DNA from: Desulfobacterales bacterium
GTDB lineage: Bacteria; Desulfobacterota; Desulfobacteria; Desulfobacterales; UBA5852
NCBI GenBank assembly: GCA_963674755.2
Contig: CAXXVS010000003.1
Span: forward strand, 1,728,001-1,792,000
Length of the DNA: 64,000 nucleotides
Direction: 5' to 3'
Shown here: piece after piece, positions 22,197 to 32,401 of the stretch
Layout of the letters: every line of letters starts with the position of its first letter
Numbering within the stretch: position 1 is the stretch's first letter
The notes under the pieces: generated by a model
What the model saw: the letters and a program-made list of their open reading frames with translations, nothing else
What the model was told of the DNA's origin: nothing
Databases searched by the model: none
Made by a program: the position numbers and the translations under genes

Positions 22197-22607
22197 ATGG
22201 CCTTGCCGCAGACCGACAAACCACAGCCTGACATGACAGGTCCCCGCCTGGTGTATTTCGCCGCCGAGCGCACGCTGCTGACCTGGGTTCGCACGGCACT
22301 GGGCCTGATGGCGTTCGGATTCGTCATCGACCGCTTCGAGCTGGTCCTGCGCATCAACGCTCAGGTGGGAAGTCCTGGACAGACGCCTGCCGCTGCCTAT
22401 TCCCTTTGGATGGGAACGGTGCTCGTGATCGCCGGTGTGGTCATGAACGTCGTGGCGGCGGTCCGCTATCTGCGCTTCGCCGCCCACTACCGGCGCGAGG
22501 CCGATACCGACCCGGGTCCGGGCCTTTCCCAGGCGGTTCTGTTTACCGCCATCATCACCCTCCTGGTGTCGGGCATCGTGGTCTATCTGATCATGCTGAG
22601 CCGATGA
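22197..22607 (+). CDS. DUF202/YidH family membrane protein
   Basis: AAERTLLTWVRT motif; three TM segments. Confidence 0.85.
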   Translation: MALPQTDKPQPDMTGPRLVYFAAERTLLTWVRTALGLMAFGFVIDRFELVLRINAQVGSPGQTPAAAYSLWMGTVLVIAGVVMNVVAAVRYLRFAAHYRREADTDPGPGLSQAVLFTAIITLLVSGIVVYLIMLSR

Positions 22608-22982
22608 GCATTGCCGCCTGCCTCATGGGCGCAGCTTCCCCACGGCCCTGGATCCCCTGTACTGCAACCCGCTACGAGATCCGGCCGTTCGCCGCCGATG
22701 CTTACGAGGCCGGCCTACGGCCAGCCGCTATTCGGAAAACATGCGCAAACACTTCATGTACGGCGACGACGCGCGGCTGCCCGCGCACATCACCGCCTAC
22801 GGCGACAAAGCATGAACCGGACCGGTCGAACATCCGAAGCGGAAGGCTTCCGGGGGCGCCCGGCCATCGGGCCAATGGCCGGGCCTGCGGCGGAGACGCG
22901 CCTCCGTCTTCGGATCGCCATCCGTCGGACGGTTTGAATAAGCGGCATTGACGATGCGAACCGGTCCTCCTATGATACCCGG

Positions 22983-23864
22983 ATGCTGATGCCCTACCTC
23001 CGCCTGACGCTGGCCCCCATCCTGTGGGGCGGAGCCCTGGTGGCCGGCCGCGTTGTGGCCGCCGAGCTTTCCCCTATTCTGATCACATGGATACGCTTCC
23101 TGCTGGTGAGCGTTTTTCTCCTGCCCCTGCTGCGGATCTACGAAGGACATCTTCCGCGGCCAAGCCGTCACGACGGGGTTCTTCTGGCCATGCTCGCCCT
23201 GACAGGGGTGGTGGTCTTCAACCTGTTGCTCTTCTCCGGCCTGAAGACCGTCACCGCTGTGCGCAGCTCGGTCCTGATCGCCTTGGGACCGGCCGTGGTG
23301 GCGATCCTGATGATGACTTTTTTCCGGGAGCCGGCCCGCGGGCATACGATCGCCGGCATCCTGATCGCCTTTGCCGGCGCCGTCGTCACCATCACCGACG
23401 GCCGGCCCGCCCGCGCCCTGGCCGGCGGCCTTTCGGCGGGCGACCTCTACCTGGCGGGCAGTGTGCTCTGCTGGGCGGCTTACACCATCCTGGCGCGGCC
23501 GGCCATGCGCCGTCTGGCGCCTCTCACGGTGTTGACCTATTCATCCATCATCGGAACGGTGTTCCTGACGCCTTTTGCCCTGCAGCGCGGCACCCTGGCC
23601 CAGCTGGCCGGCTGCTCCTGGACGGCCTGGGGCAGCCTCTTCTACCTGAGCATCGGGGCCGCCGGCGTGGCCTACCTCTGCTACTACATGGGCATTCGCG
23701 ATGTGGGCCCCAGCCGGGCGGCGGTTTTTCTGAATCTGGAGCCGGTATCCGCCATCGCCCTGGGTGTCCTGCTGCTGGGCGAGAGGCTTACCTGGCCGGT
23801 CCTGGTGGGCGCGGTGTCAGTGATCGCGGGGCTCTATCTGGTGAACCGGCCCGCTTCATCTTAG
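22983..23864 (+). CDS. EamA/DMT family transporter
   Basis: About 10 TM segments; ILWG, WIRF, WAAYTI, NLEPVSA, LLGE. Confidence 0.9.
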   Translation: MLMPYLRLTLAPILWGGALVAGRVVAAELSPILITWIRFLLVSVFLLPLLRIYEGHLPRPSRHDGVLLAMLALTGVVVFNLLLFSGLKTVTAVRSSVLIALGPAVVAILMMTFFREPARGHTIAGILIAFAGAVVTITDGRPARALAGGLSAGDLYLAGSVLCWAAYTILARPAMRRLAPLTVLTYSSIIGTVFLTPFALQRGTLAQLAGCSWTAWGSLFYLSIGAAGVAYLCYYMGIRDVGPSRAAVFLNLEPVSAIALGVLLLGERLTWPVLVGAVSVIAGLYLVNRPASS

Positions 23865-24456
23865 CCCGCAGACACCCGTTGGGATCCGATCCCCTGCCAT
23901 AACATTCAAGCTGCCGGCGCAGCAGCACCTTGGCCCGGTGGAGAATGGTCCAGCAATTGTCTTTTGAAATGCCGAAGATCAGGCAGATTTCCGCGGTGCT
24001 CAACCCGTCGATTTCACGATAGATGAACACCTGTGCCGCCCGTTGAGGCAACCTTGCCAAGCCGCGGCGCAAGTCGTCCAGGAGCTCCCTGTATTGGCAA
24101 TCCCTTTCGGGATCGGTGGCTGGCGGGGCAGGATAGAGCCGCCTGTCGCCACGGGGCCCGAAGAGCATTGCAGCGCCGTCAACGGTGAACATCACATCGT
24201 TTAGAAGCAGTATCTTGGGGGATCTCCTCAAACGATCGAGGATTTTGTGCTTCAATATGCCGAACAGCCACGTCCTCTCCGATGAGTGGCCGCGGAAATT
24301 TCCCCGCGACCCCAGGGCTCCCGAATAGGTCTCCTGCACCAAATCTTCCGCCACATCATGATCTTTTACCCGGGCCAGCGCAAATCCGAAAAGAGCGTCG
24401 CCGTAAGCATCCACCCATTCGCCCGGATCCAGGCGCGTTGTATCGCGTCGTTCCAT
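23788..24456 (-). CDS. ECF sigma-70 factor
   Basis: Region 2 AEDLVQET and RTWLFGILKHK; region 4 LP...REIDGLSTAEIC...LHRA. Confidence 0.85.
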   Translation of the reverse strand: MERRDTTRLDPGEWVDAYGDALFGFALARVKDHDVAEDLVQETYSGALGSRGNFRGHSSERTWLFGILKHKILDRLRRSPKILLLNDVMFTVDGAAMLFGPRGDRRLYPAPPATDPERDCQYRELLDDLRRGLARLPQRAAQVFIYREIDGLSTAEICLIFGISKDNCWTILHRAKVLLRRQLECYGRGSDPNGCLRAKMKRAGSPDRAPRSLTPRPPGPAR

Positions 24457-24858
24457 CCGGCACCTCCGCTTTCAGCGATGTAAAGGTCTTTGTTGACGCT
24501 GAGCGTAAGATGCCTACGGATCTTAAAGGTTTCTTAACGATTGGTTAAAGCGTGGTTAAAAATTTTTTTTATTCCAGCGGCTGCAATCGGAAGACAACTC
24601 GAGACCTGAAAATGGTGATGGGCGATGAGAGGCTCTTAATATTGACGACTCAAAATGGCGCGTAATATCAGCGTAATAGCCTAATGAAAATATCACTAAT
24701 ATAAAAATAATGTATAATAGGGTCATTACTGCTTAAATTCTCGAAAGAAAAAATTAATTAGCAAATAATATCGATTGGTTAAAGAATTATAAAAACATTA
24801 CCTTGCTAAAATTAATGGGATAATTTTTTAGTTATTACATATAATATACGGTTATATC

Positions 24859-24981
24859 ATATCTGTATTATAAACTTTTATATATAATATTACTATTATT
24901 ATAGGTATGTTAGCAATTTTTTTTGTATCATAGATAGATTTTAAAAGATTATTATATTGACATATAAATATCTGTAATATA
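24859..24981 (+). promoter_or_regulatory. Candidate promoter with repeated operator-like motif
   Basis: ATATCTGTA(T/A)TATA at 24859-24872 and 24968-24981; TTGACA at 24957-24962. Confidence 0.4.
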
Positions 24982-25060
24982 TTTCCTCTAAATATTATTA
25001 GTAATTCACTGTACCGTCATCCATATTTGTATATCCTTTAGTTTTATAAGGACTCAATAA

Positions 25061-26245
25061 ATGCCTGAAAATATAGAATTTACAAAAGATGGCTCGCAGG
25101 TGACCGATTTAGAAGCAATCGAGATTTTAAAATCTCTGATAACGATCCCTACCGTCGATCCGCCAGGAAATGAGATGGAAGCAGCCGTAGCGGTGCAAAA
25201 AATATTGAAAGAAGAAAATATTGACTCGCAAATTTATGATCTCGGAAACGGTCGGGCTAATCTCGTTGCTAGATTAAAAGGTTCTGGAGACAGACCGGCT
25301 TTAGTATTTTCGGCGCATTTCGATACAATCCCGGTTGATGAGTCCCAATGGACAATGCCTCCTTTCGGAGGAGAGATAAGAGACGGGAAAATGTATGGCC
25401 GTGGGGCCACAGATATGAAAAGCGGCTTGGCGTCAATGGTTTGTGCCGCTATCGAATTAAAACGTAAAGGCATAGAGCTATGCGGAGACCTAATCTTGGC
25501 CTTTTCAGCAGCTGAAAATTCTTCAGGAATGGGCGCAATAGAACTGACCCGATGTGGAGAATTGAATAGCGCAGGGGCAATGGTAATCAGTGAACCAACT
25601 TCCTTGAAGGTCTTTATTGCGGAAAAAGGAGCGCTTTGGCTTAAAGCGAAAGCAAAAGGCGCATCGGGCCATGCAGCTTTTGTAGCGGATTGGAGGTCAG
25701 ATTATGGAAATGCTATTGTGCGCATGGCCAAGTTTATTGCCCAGTTGGAAAAGTTAGATTTGAATTTTCCTCATCATCCACATCTGGATTATCCGACGGT
25801 TAACGTGGGCAAAATCTCGGGCGGTATAAGTGCGCCTATAATCCCAAACTCGTGCACGATGGATTTGGATATCAGAATGGTCCCGGGCATGGAGCCAGAT
25901 TTTATCTTGAAAAAGATTCAGGATTTAGCGGGAAAATATATTGAAATTGAAATTATAGACTATAAGCCTCCTGTTGAAACTGAGGTTGAAGACCCTTTCG
26001 TTCATATGTGCATTGAAGCTTGTGAATCGGTGGTTGGCATGAAAGCAGATGTCACAGGGGTTCCATATTATTCAGATGCTACGGTTTTTGCCCCAGTACT
26101 ACAAATACCAATAGTTATAATCGGGCCCGGAGAGGTTGGGCATAGCGGTATCGCAGATGAATATGTAAAGATATCAAGTATGATAAAAACGAACCAAATC
26201 TTTTCGTTAATTGCCCGCAAATATCTAACTTTAGATCATTTCTGA
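25061..26245 (+). CDS. M20 (ArgE/DapE-like) metallo-amidohydrolase, divergent
   Basis: SAHFDT, GRGATDMKSG, SEPT, GPG...DEY. Confidence 0.88.
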   Translation: MPENIEFTKDGSQVTDLEAIEILKSLITIPTVDPPGNEMEAAVAVQKILKEENIDSQIYDLGNGRANLVARLKGSGDRPALVFSAHFDTIPVDESQWTMPPFGGEIRDGKMYGRGATDMKSGLASMVCAAIELKRKGIELCGDLILAFSAAENSSGMGAIELTRCGELNSAGAMVISEPTSLKVFIAEKGALWLKAKAKGASGHAAFVADWRSDYGNAIVRMAKFIAQLEKLDLNFPHHPHLDYPTVNVGKISGGISAPIIPNSCTMDLDIRMVPGMEPDFILKKIQDLAGKYIEIEIIDYKPPVETEVEDPFVHMCIEACESVVGMKADVTGVPYYSDATVFAPVLQIPIVIIGPGEVGHSGIADEYVKISSMIKTNQIFSLIARKYLTLDHF

Positions 26246-26262
26246 AATTCACAGGAGTCATT

Positions 26263-26925
26263 ATGAATGAAAAAATTTACGAAAAAATTAAGAGAAAAAT
26301 ATTATTTTTAGATCTTCATCCCGGAGATGCAATAGATGAAAAAAAACTTGCCTCAGAGTTTAAAGTAAGCCGTACGCCGATTCGGGAAATTCTTCAAAAA
26401 TTAGAGTGGGAAGGGTTTATTGATATTGTCCCAAGAGGGGCCACTTCAGTTTCGATATTAGAATACAGTAAGATCAAAAACACTTATTTTATGCGTGTGC
26501 AAATAGAAGGTTTGGCTGGAAAACTTGCGGCAGCATATGGGACGCCAAAGCATATATCCCAAATGGAGTCTATACTGGAAAATATACAAGCATTAGACAA
26601 TAAAATGACGCCTCATCACTTAATAGAGATGGATGCAGCGTTCAGGGATATTCTCTATGAAGCAAGCGGAAATACAGTTTTGAAGCAAGTCTCCGATAGC
26701 CTCTATGAACAAACACTCCGGGTTTGGATGTCGCATATTAAAAACGATCAATCAAATGAAATATTAAAAAAAGAGTTTGAATACTTGATTGAAGAAATTC
26801 AGACAGCTATTGAAACGATACAGCACAAAGATCGAGATAAGGCAGAAACAGATAGAAAGGATATAATCATTCGTCATATTAAACGTGCAAATGAATATTT
26901 CATGCAGGATATCCAGCTATACTGA
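26263..26925 (+). CDS. GntR family regulator with FCD domain
   Basis: LASEFKVSRTPIRE HTH; IEG; ASGN. Confidence 0.9.
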   Translation: MNEKIYEKIKRKILFLDLHPGDAIDEKKLASEFKVSRTPIREILQKLEWEGFIDIVPRGATSVSILEYSKIKNTYFMRVQIEGLAGKLAAAYGTPKHISQMESILENIQALDNKMTPHHLIEMDAAFRDILYEASGNTVLKQVSDSLYEQTLRVWMSHIKNDQSNEILKKEFEYLIEEIQTAIETIQHKDRDKAETDRKDIIIRHIKRANEYFMQDIQLY

Positions 26926-26944
26926 CACTCGGGCATATATCTAA

Positions 26945-28060
26945 ATGAATCAGTTAAACACTGAAATATATCGAGACCGAATCAAAAATAATATCGGTAT
27001 TGTAACGGCTCATATTCCTATATCAGTAAATATTATAGGAGTGGTTAAGTCTGATGGATATGGTCATGGCGCATGTGAAGTCGCAAAAATATTAATAGGA
27101 TCAGGAATTAACTACCTAGCAGTATCGGATCTTGAAGAAGCACTGATTCTCCGTAAAAAATTCCCAGAAGTTTCGATAATTGTGCTTGGAGAAATTGGGG
27201 CGCGTCGGCTCGCAGAAGCTGTTTTAAATGAACTAACAATAACTCTTTCAAGTATAAATTCAGTGAGAAAAATATCGATTGTGGCAGAGGCTGTAGGTAC
27301 TATCGCAAGAGTACATGTTAAAGTCGATACCGGAATGGGCCGATTTGGCATGCCTCCGAAAGATGTGATGCCCGCACTACAAAGCCTTTCGAATACATCC
27401 TGCATAAATTTAGAGGGAATATTTTCTCATCTAAGCGCCACTTTTAATACCGACATCGATAGCAACAATTTCACTATCAAACAACTTAATATTTTCGAAA
27501 ACATTTGTATGGATGCCAATAAAGAGGGCTTGCTCCCGGAAATGGTTCATATTGGAAGCTCTACAGCACTGATTGGATTTCCAGAAAAAATTTTATCCGG
27601 CCATTTTAATAGTATTAGAATAGGTACCTTATTTTTAGGCTATGAAGAAAGGAAATCTTGCTGGCAGCGACATGTTCAGCCTGCAGCCGAGATATCCACA
27701 AATATATGTATGATTAGAACGCTGCCTCCAGGGCACGCAGTGGGGTATGCTAAAACCTTCACGACAAGCAAAGAAACCCGCTTAGCAATACTTCCTATTG
27801 GATATGGCCACGGATTTCATCGTGATTTTGGGAATGTTGGCCAAGTAATGGTTAATAATTGCAGAGCAAATATTATAGGCAAGCCGAGCCTCGGCCAACT
27901 AATTATAGATGTCACAAATATTCCAGACGTTAAAGTGGGAGACCGTGTCACATTAGCTGGGGTGGAACTATCCGCGTTTGAAGAAGCAAATAAAATAGGT
28001 AGAGGCACCTGGGAGGTGATCTTGCCATTGTTAGAGCATAGCGAGATTTCATATGTTTAA
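26945..28060 (+). CDS. Alanine-racemase-family PLP enzyme, divergent
   Basis: VVKSDGYGHG PLP-lysine motif, KVDTGMGRFG, FSH, VGY, PIGYGHG. Confidence 0.85.
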   Translation: MNQLNTEIYRDRIKNNIGIVTAHIPISVNIIGVVKSDGYGHGACEVAKILIGSGINYLAVSDLEEALILRKKFPEVSIIVLGEIGARRLAEAVLNELTITLSSINSVRKISIVAEAVGTIARVHVKVDTGMGRFGMPPKDVMPALQSLSNTSCINLEGIFSHLSATFNTDIDSNNFTIKQLNIFENICMDANKEGLLPEMVHIGSSTALIGFPEKILSGHFNSIRIGTLFLGYEERKSCWQRHVQPAAEISTNICMIRTLPPGHAVGYAKTFTTSKETRLAILPIGYGHGFHRDFGNVGQVMVNNCRANIIGKPSLGQLIIDVTNIPDVKVGDRVTLAGVELSAFEEANKIGRGTWEVILPLLEHSEISYV

Positions 28061-28093
28061 CCAATTGGTTATTAAAAATTGACAGGCAGAACG

Positions 28094-29005
28094 ATGTATC
28101 AAACTCTAATCAACGAAATAATAGGAATAATCAAACCATATTTTGGAAATGGTACAGTAGCAAATTACATCCCTGCGCTTAGCGAGGTTTCTCCCAAAAA
28201 ATTCGGGATATCAGTTGAGTCAATTAATGCTATCACTAATTTTGCCGGTGATGCTGACGAACCGTTTTCAATCCAAAGCATTTCAAAGGTATTTTCTTTG
28301 ACCCTTGCGATACAAATGCTTGGTGACGATATGTGGCGACATGTAGGACGTCGTCTATCATCCAGAGCGTTCAATTCCATTATGTCTTTAGAAGAATCTA
28401 ACGGACAACCACGAAATCCGTTCACAAATGCTGGAGCCATAGCTATCGTCGATCTTTTGCTTTCTCATGATCGAAAATACCTTGATACGTTGTTAGAGTT
28501 TGTAAGAAATCTAGCAGCAAATAATGACATTGTTTATGATATGCGGGTCGCGATGTCCGAAAAGGAAACTGGTTATCGAAATGCAGCAATTGCAAATTTT
28601 CTAAAAAGTTATGGTGTCATTAAGAATTCAGTTAACGATGTTTTAGACGCGTATTTTGTTCAGTGCTCGCTTGCAATGAGTTGTCGGGATTTAAGCCACT
28701 CATTGTTGTTTCTTGCCAATTCCGGAGAGCATCCTCATGATAGATCTTTTGTTATTTCACCTCGTCAGAATAGTCACTTAAATTCCCTGATGATGATGTT
28801 TGGAACTTATGATGCTGCTGGTGATTTTGCCTTCAGAATTGGCCTTCCAGGGAAAAGTGGCGTGGGTGGTGGAATTGCCGTAATTGTACCTCAAAAAATG
28901 GCAATTGCTGTTTGGTCTCCAGAATTAGATGAGTTTGGGACATCGGTTGTTGGACTTAAAGCGCTTGAATTATTAACTGAAAAAGCCAATCTGTGCATCA
29001 TGTAA
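28094..29005 (+). CDS. glsA: Glutaminase
   Basis: ANYIPAL, SIQSISK, NPFTNAGAI, YF.QCS, PGKSGVGGG, WSPELD. Confidence 0.93.
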   Translation: MYQTLINEIIGIIKPYFGNGTVANYIPALSEVSPKKFGISVESINAITNFAGDADEPFSIQSISKVFSLTLAIQMLGDDMWRHVGRRLSSRAFNSIMSLEESNGQPRNPFTNAGAIAIVDLLLSHDRKYLDTLLEFVRNLAANNDIVYDMRVAMSEKETGYRNAAIANFLKSYGVIKNSVNDVLDAYFVQCSLAMSCRDLSHSLLFLANSGEHPHDRSFVISPRQNSHLNSLMMMFGTYDAAGDFAFRIGLPGKSGVGGGIAVIVPQKMAIAVWSPELDEFGTSVVGLKALELLTEKANLCIM

Positions 29006-29034
29006 CTATTAGGTCTCACGAAAGAGTGTGAAGT

Positions 29035-29646
29035 ATGAGAAGAAGTATAAATATTCAATTCGGATCACATGATAATGAGAAATTATTTGGCCTAAAAAAG
29101 TTCAAAAAAGTGGTTTCGAATTTGGACAATCTACTTCTTAAAATTGAAGAGTTAATTTTATCGTATGGCACAATATCCTTGGCGGTTTTAGTGGTTGGAA
29201 GTGTGATTAGCAGATCAATATTTAATCACAGTTGGATATTTATGGAGGAAGTAGCAAACACTTTAATGGTATTAATAACATTTCTGGGATTAGGCTATTG
29301 TGTGCGGAAGGCCAGACACATCCGCATGTCAGCAATTCATGACATGCTACCCAAATCAATCCGCAAACTGCTAATAATATTAGTTTCTTTAGGGACTGCG
29401 ATAACAATGTCTATTTTGGGTTATTGGGCATTACTCTATACAGCGCAAGCATATGATGCAGGCAACGTTACTCCCGCTCTACGTATTCCCGTATTCTATA
29501 TTGTTATGTGGGTACCTATTGGATTCTTTATGGCTGCTATTGAATATCTCATGACAGTATATAAAAATTTTCGAAGCTGGGAGGTATATTTATCCATTGA
29601 AGTTCCTGATACCTATGAGGATGAGAGCTGCGATTTAATCTCTTAA
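29035..29646 (+). CDS. TRAP transporter small permease (DctQ/TeaB-like)
   Basis: Four TM segments; EE motif; HIRM. Confidence 0.88.
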   Translation: MRRSINIQFGSHDNEKLFGLKKFKKVVSNLDNLLLKIEELILSYGTISLAVLVVGSVISRSIFNHSWIFMEEVANTLMVLITFLGLGYCVRKARHIRMSAIHDMLPKSIRKLLIILVSLGTAITMSILGYWALLYTAQAYDAGNVTPALRIPVFYIVMWVPIGFFMAAIEYLMTVYKNFRSWEVYLSIEVPDTYEDESCDLIS

Positions 29647-29716
29647 TAAGGCGCTTAAAATTACTTAATATTAGGTCGACATGGTAATTTAAAAGGGAAC
29701 CTAAGGGACAATACGA

Positions 29717-31000
29717 ATGATAATTTTAATGTTGATTATTATGATCGCTTGTTTAGTGCTTGGGTTTCCTTTTATGGTAGCTCTCATAGCTGCACCTGCA
29801 GCAATTTTTCAAGAATATTTTCCCTTTTTAAGCAAGAGCATTCTCATTCAGCAAACCATAGGGGGCGTAAAGCCTATTTCTCTAATAGCCATACCCATGT
29901 TTATGTTTGCAGGCGACATTATGACCGCTGGTCACTCTGCGAATAGATTGCTTGATTTTGTAAGTGCATTTCTGCGTCATATCAGAGGTGGGCTACCCAT
30001 CGTAACTGCAGCAGGATGTACGGTTTTTGGAGCAGTTTCCGGATCTACTCAAGCTACTGTATGCGCAATAGGCGGTCCGCTAAGACCGAAACTTTTAGCT
30101 GGAGGGTATAGCAGCAGTTTCTCAACCGCTCTAATTATTAATGCGAGTGATATAGCATTTTTGATACCACCAAGTATTGGTATGATTGTTTATGGTGTTG
30201 TTACTGGAACCTCTGTTGGAGAATTATTTATAGCTGGAATAGGGCCGGGATTTTTTATTCTTATTCTATTTTCGATCTACTGCTACTTTTATGCTTCAGT
30301 AAAGAAAATGCCGGTCTTACCAAAAGCAACGTGGCGTGAACGATTCATCGCTGTAAAAGGCGCGATTTTACCCTTTGGATTTCCAGTAATCATAATTGGG
30401 GGGATTTATTCAGGTACTTTTAGCCCAACCGAGGCAGCTGCCTTTTCTGTCCTTTATGCCTTTATATTGGAGGTATTTGTATACAAAACTGTCAAAATAC
30501 GACAAATTCCATCGATCGCTCTGTCTACAGGAATTATAACAACAGTTGTGTTTATTCTCGTTGGCGTCGGCACTGCATTTTCGTGGACTATATCATTCGC
30601 TAGGATACCATCTTTAATCCTTCCTGGAATTATAGGCGATACACCAACAGATATTTGGGTTCTAATTGTGGTCTCCATCGCCTTTTTTATCGGCTGTATG
30701 TTTGTCGATCCCGTGGTCGTCATAATAATCTTAGCTCCCATTTTTCGCCCAGTTGTACAAGCGTTAGGTATTGACCCTGTATTAGTCGGGGTCATCGTAA
30801 CACTGCAATGTGCAATAGGATCAGCAACACCACCATTTGGATGCGATATTTTTACGGCTGTAGCAGTTTTCAGGAGGCCATATTTGGAAGTTGTGAAAGG
30901 AACACCCCCATTTGTAATAATACTCCTGTTTTCAAATGTTATCCTAATTCTATTTCCGGAAATTGCATTGTTTCTTAGGGACTTTGGTTTTGGAAAATAA
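29717..31000 (+). CDS. TRAP transporter large permease (DctM/TeaC-like)
   Basis: AIPMF, FGAVSGS, LIPPS, PTEAA, TPPFG. Confidence 0.92.
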   Translation: MIILMLIIMIACLVLGFPFMVALIAAPAAIFQEYFPFLSKSILIQQTIGGVKPISLIAIPMFMFAGDIMTAGHSANRLLDFVSAFLRHIRGGLPIVTAAGCTVFGAVSGSTQATVCAIGGPLRPKLLAGGYSSSFSTALIINASDIAFLIPPSIGMIVYGVVTGTSVGELFIAGIGPGFFILILFSIYCYFYASVKKMPVLPKATWRERFIAVKGAILPFGFPVIIIGGIYSGTFSPTEAAAFSVLYAFILEVFVYKTVKIRQIPSIALSTGIITTVVFILVGVGTAFSWTISFARIPSLILPGIIGDTPTDIWVLIVVSIAFFIGCMFVDPVVVIIILAPIFRPVVQALGIDPVLVGVIVTLQCAIGSATPPFGCDIFTAVAVFRRPYLEVVKGTPPFVIILLFSNVILILFPEIALFLRDFGFGK

Positions 31001-31136
31001 CTGCTATGGAAGGGTTTGCTTTAATAAGTTTTATTTTTTTAGAAACTCAATTTTTTATCCTCATTTGGCGGCTCGCGTAGGTCGATTTCCAATAAACAGG
31101 CGTTCATGCGCTTAAATCGAAAGCAGGAGGGCTTTA

Positions 31137-32168
31137 ATGAAAAGTAATTTTCAACACAAGAGTTTGATTGTCGCACTGAGTCTGTTGCTATCTGTTTGCA
31201 TTTGTGGAACGGCTATGGCTAAAGAACAAGTATGGCGATTCGCCTTGGAAGAAATTGAAGGGACCTTACAGTATGCATTAGCTACCAAATTTAAAGATTT
31301 GATGGCTGATAAATCTAATGGTCAGATAATGGTTGAAGTTTACCCTTATGGCCAACTCGGCACCATTGACCAGATGACAGAATTATTACAAAACGGAGCC
31401 ATTCAATTTTCAATGATATCTCCCGGACACCTTGGCTCATTTATTCCCGAGGTACAGGTATTTTCAATCAATTATTTGTTCCCGGATGATATGGATGTGA
31501 TCCGTTCCGTCCTTAGAGGTAACAACGATACATTTCGTGCGTTGGGCCCACATTTTGAGAATAAAAAACTAAAACTTGTTGCCCTATTCTCAGAGGGTTA
31601 TCATCAGTGGACCACTAAGAGGCTTGTGCGCAACCCTGATGATTTTCAGGGGCTTAAAATGAGAGTTATGACTTCACCTATTCTTGTTGAAGCCTATAAG
31701 GCTTACGGGGCAAATCCAACCCCTCTGCCCTTCTCAGAAGTCTATAGTTCATTACAACTAAACATGATTGAAGGACAAGAAAATCCATACGCGACAATAC
31801 AAGAAATGAAATTCTATGAAGTAACCGATTATATGATAACAGCAAAACATAGAATGTATGTTGTTTCCATGTCGTCAAATGCTGCGTTCTTTAATTCGCT
31901 TCCCGAGAGTACCCAAAAAATGGTTCGTGAAGCTGTGAATGAGAGCCTTGAATATTACTATGGGTTTGAAAATGAATTTAATACAAAAAGACTTGAACAA
32001 ATTATGGATGCCAAACCGTCTTACAAACATGTATTTCTGAATGAGGATGAAATTGCAGTATTTAAAGAAAAATCAAAAGGTGCAAGAGAAGTATACATAG
32101 ACATGGTTGGCAAGACAGGAGAAGAAGTGCTTAAGGCTATTGATACAGACATTCGCAATGCGAAATAG
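31137..32168 (+). CDS. TRAP substrate-binding protein (DctP; TeaA/UehA-like)
   Basis: Signal peptide; WRFALEEIEG; GLKMRVM; GANPTP; EGQENP. Confidence 0.88.
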   Translation: MKSNFQHKSLIVALSLLLSVCICGTAMAKEQVWRFALEEIEGTLQYALATKFKDLMADKSNGQIMVEVYPYGQLGTIDQMTELLQNGAIQFSMISPGHLGSFIPEVQVFSINYLFPDDMDVIRSVLRGNNDTFRALGPHFENKKLKLVALFSEGYHQWTTKRLVRNPDDFQGLKMRVMTSPILVEAYKAYGANPTPLPFSEVYSSLQLNMIEGQENPYATIQEMKFYEVTDYMITAKHRMYVVSMSSNAAFFNSLPESTQKMVREAVNESLEYYYGFENEFNTKRLEQIMDAKPSYKHVFLNEDEIAVFKEKSKGAREVYIDMVGKTGEEVLKAIDTDIRNAK

Positions 32169-32192
32169 CGACAAATTTATTTGCATTGGTGA

Positions 32193-32259
32193 GGGGAGAG
32201 GCGGATCTGTTTAGTCCTCCATCGGCAAATGTTTGACCATTCAGATACCGCCTTCTCCC
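32193..32259 (+). terminator. Imperfect stem-loop after the TRAP genes
   Basis: gggagaggcggatctg...cagataccgccttctccc followed by a T-rich stretch. Confidence 0.4.
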
Positions 32260-32401
32260 GATATTTTATATATATGATTAAAATTACTAAATTGCAAAAA
32301 GCAGAATCGCAAATAATTACTTCACAAGATACTAAAGTTGTTGTCAAAGACGCTCAAGATTTGCCTTCTAAAACCATAGGACACAGAGCAAGAGCGATGA
32401 T

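Noticed and set aside
24612..24660. ggtgatgggcgatgag resembling a fluoride riboswitch 5' end
   Set aside because: No P1 complement and no GCTGATG..CCTAC 3' half
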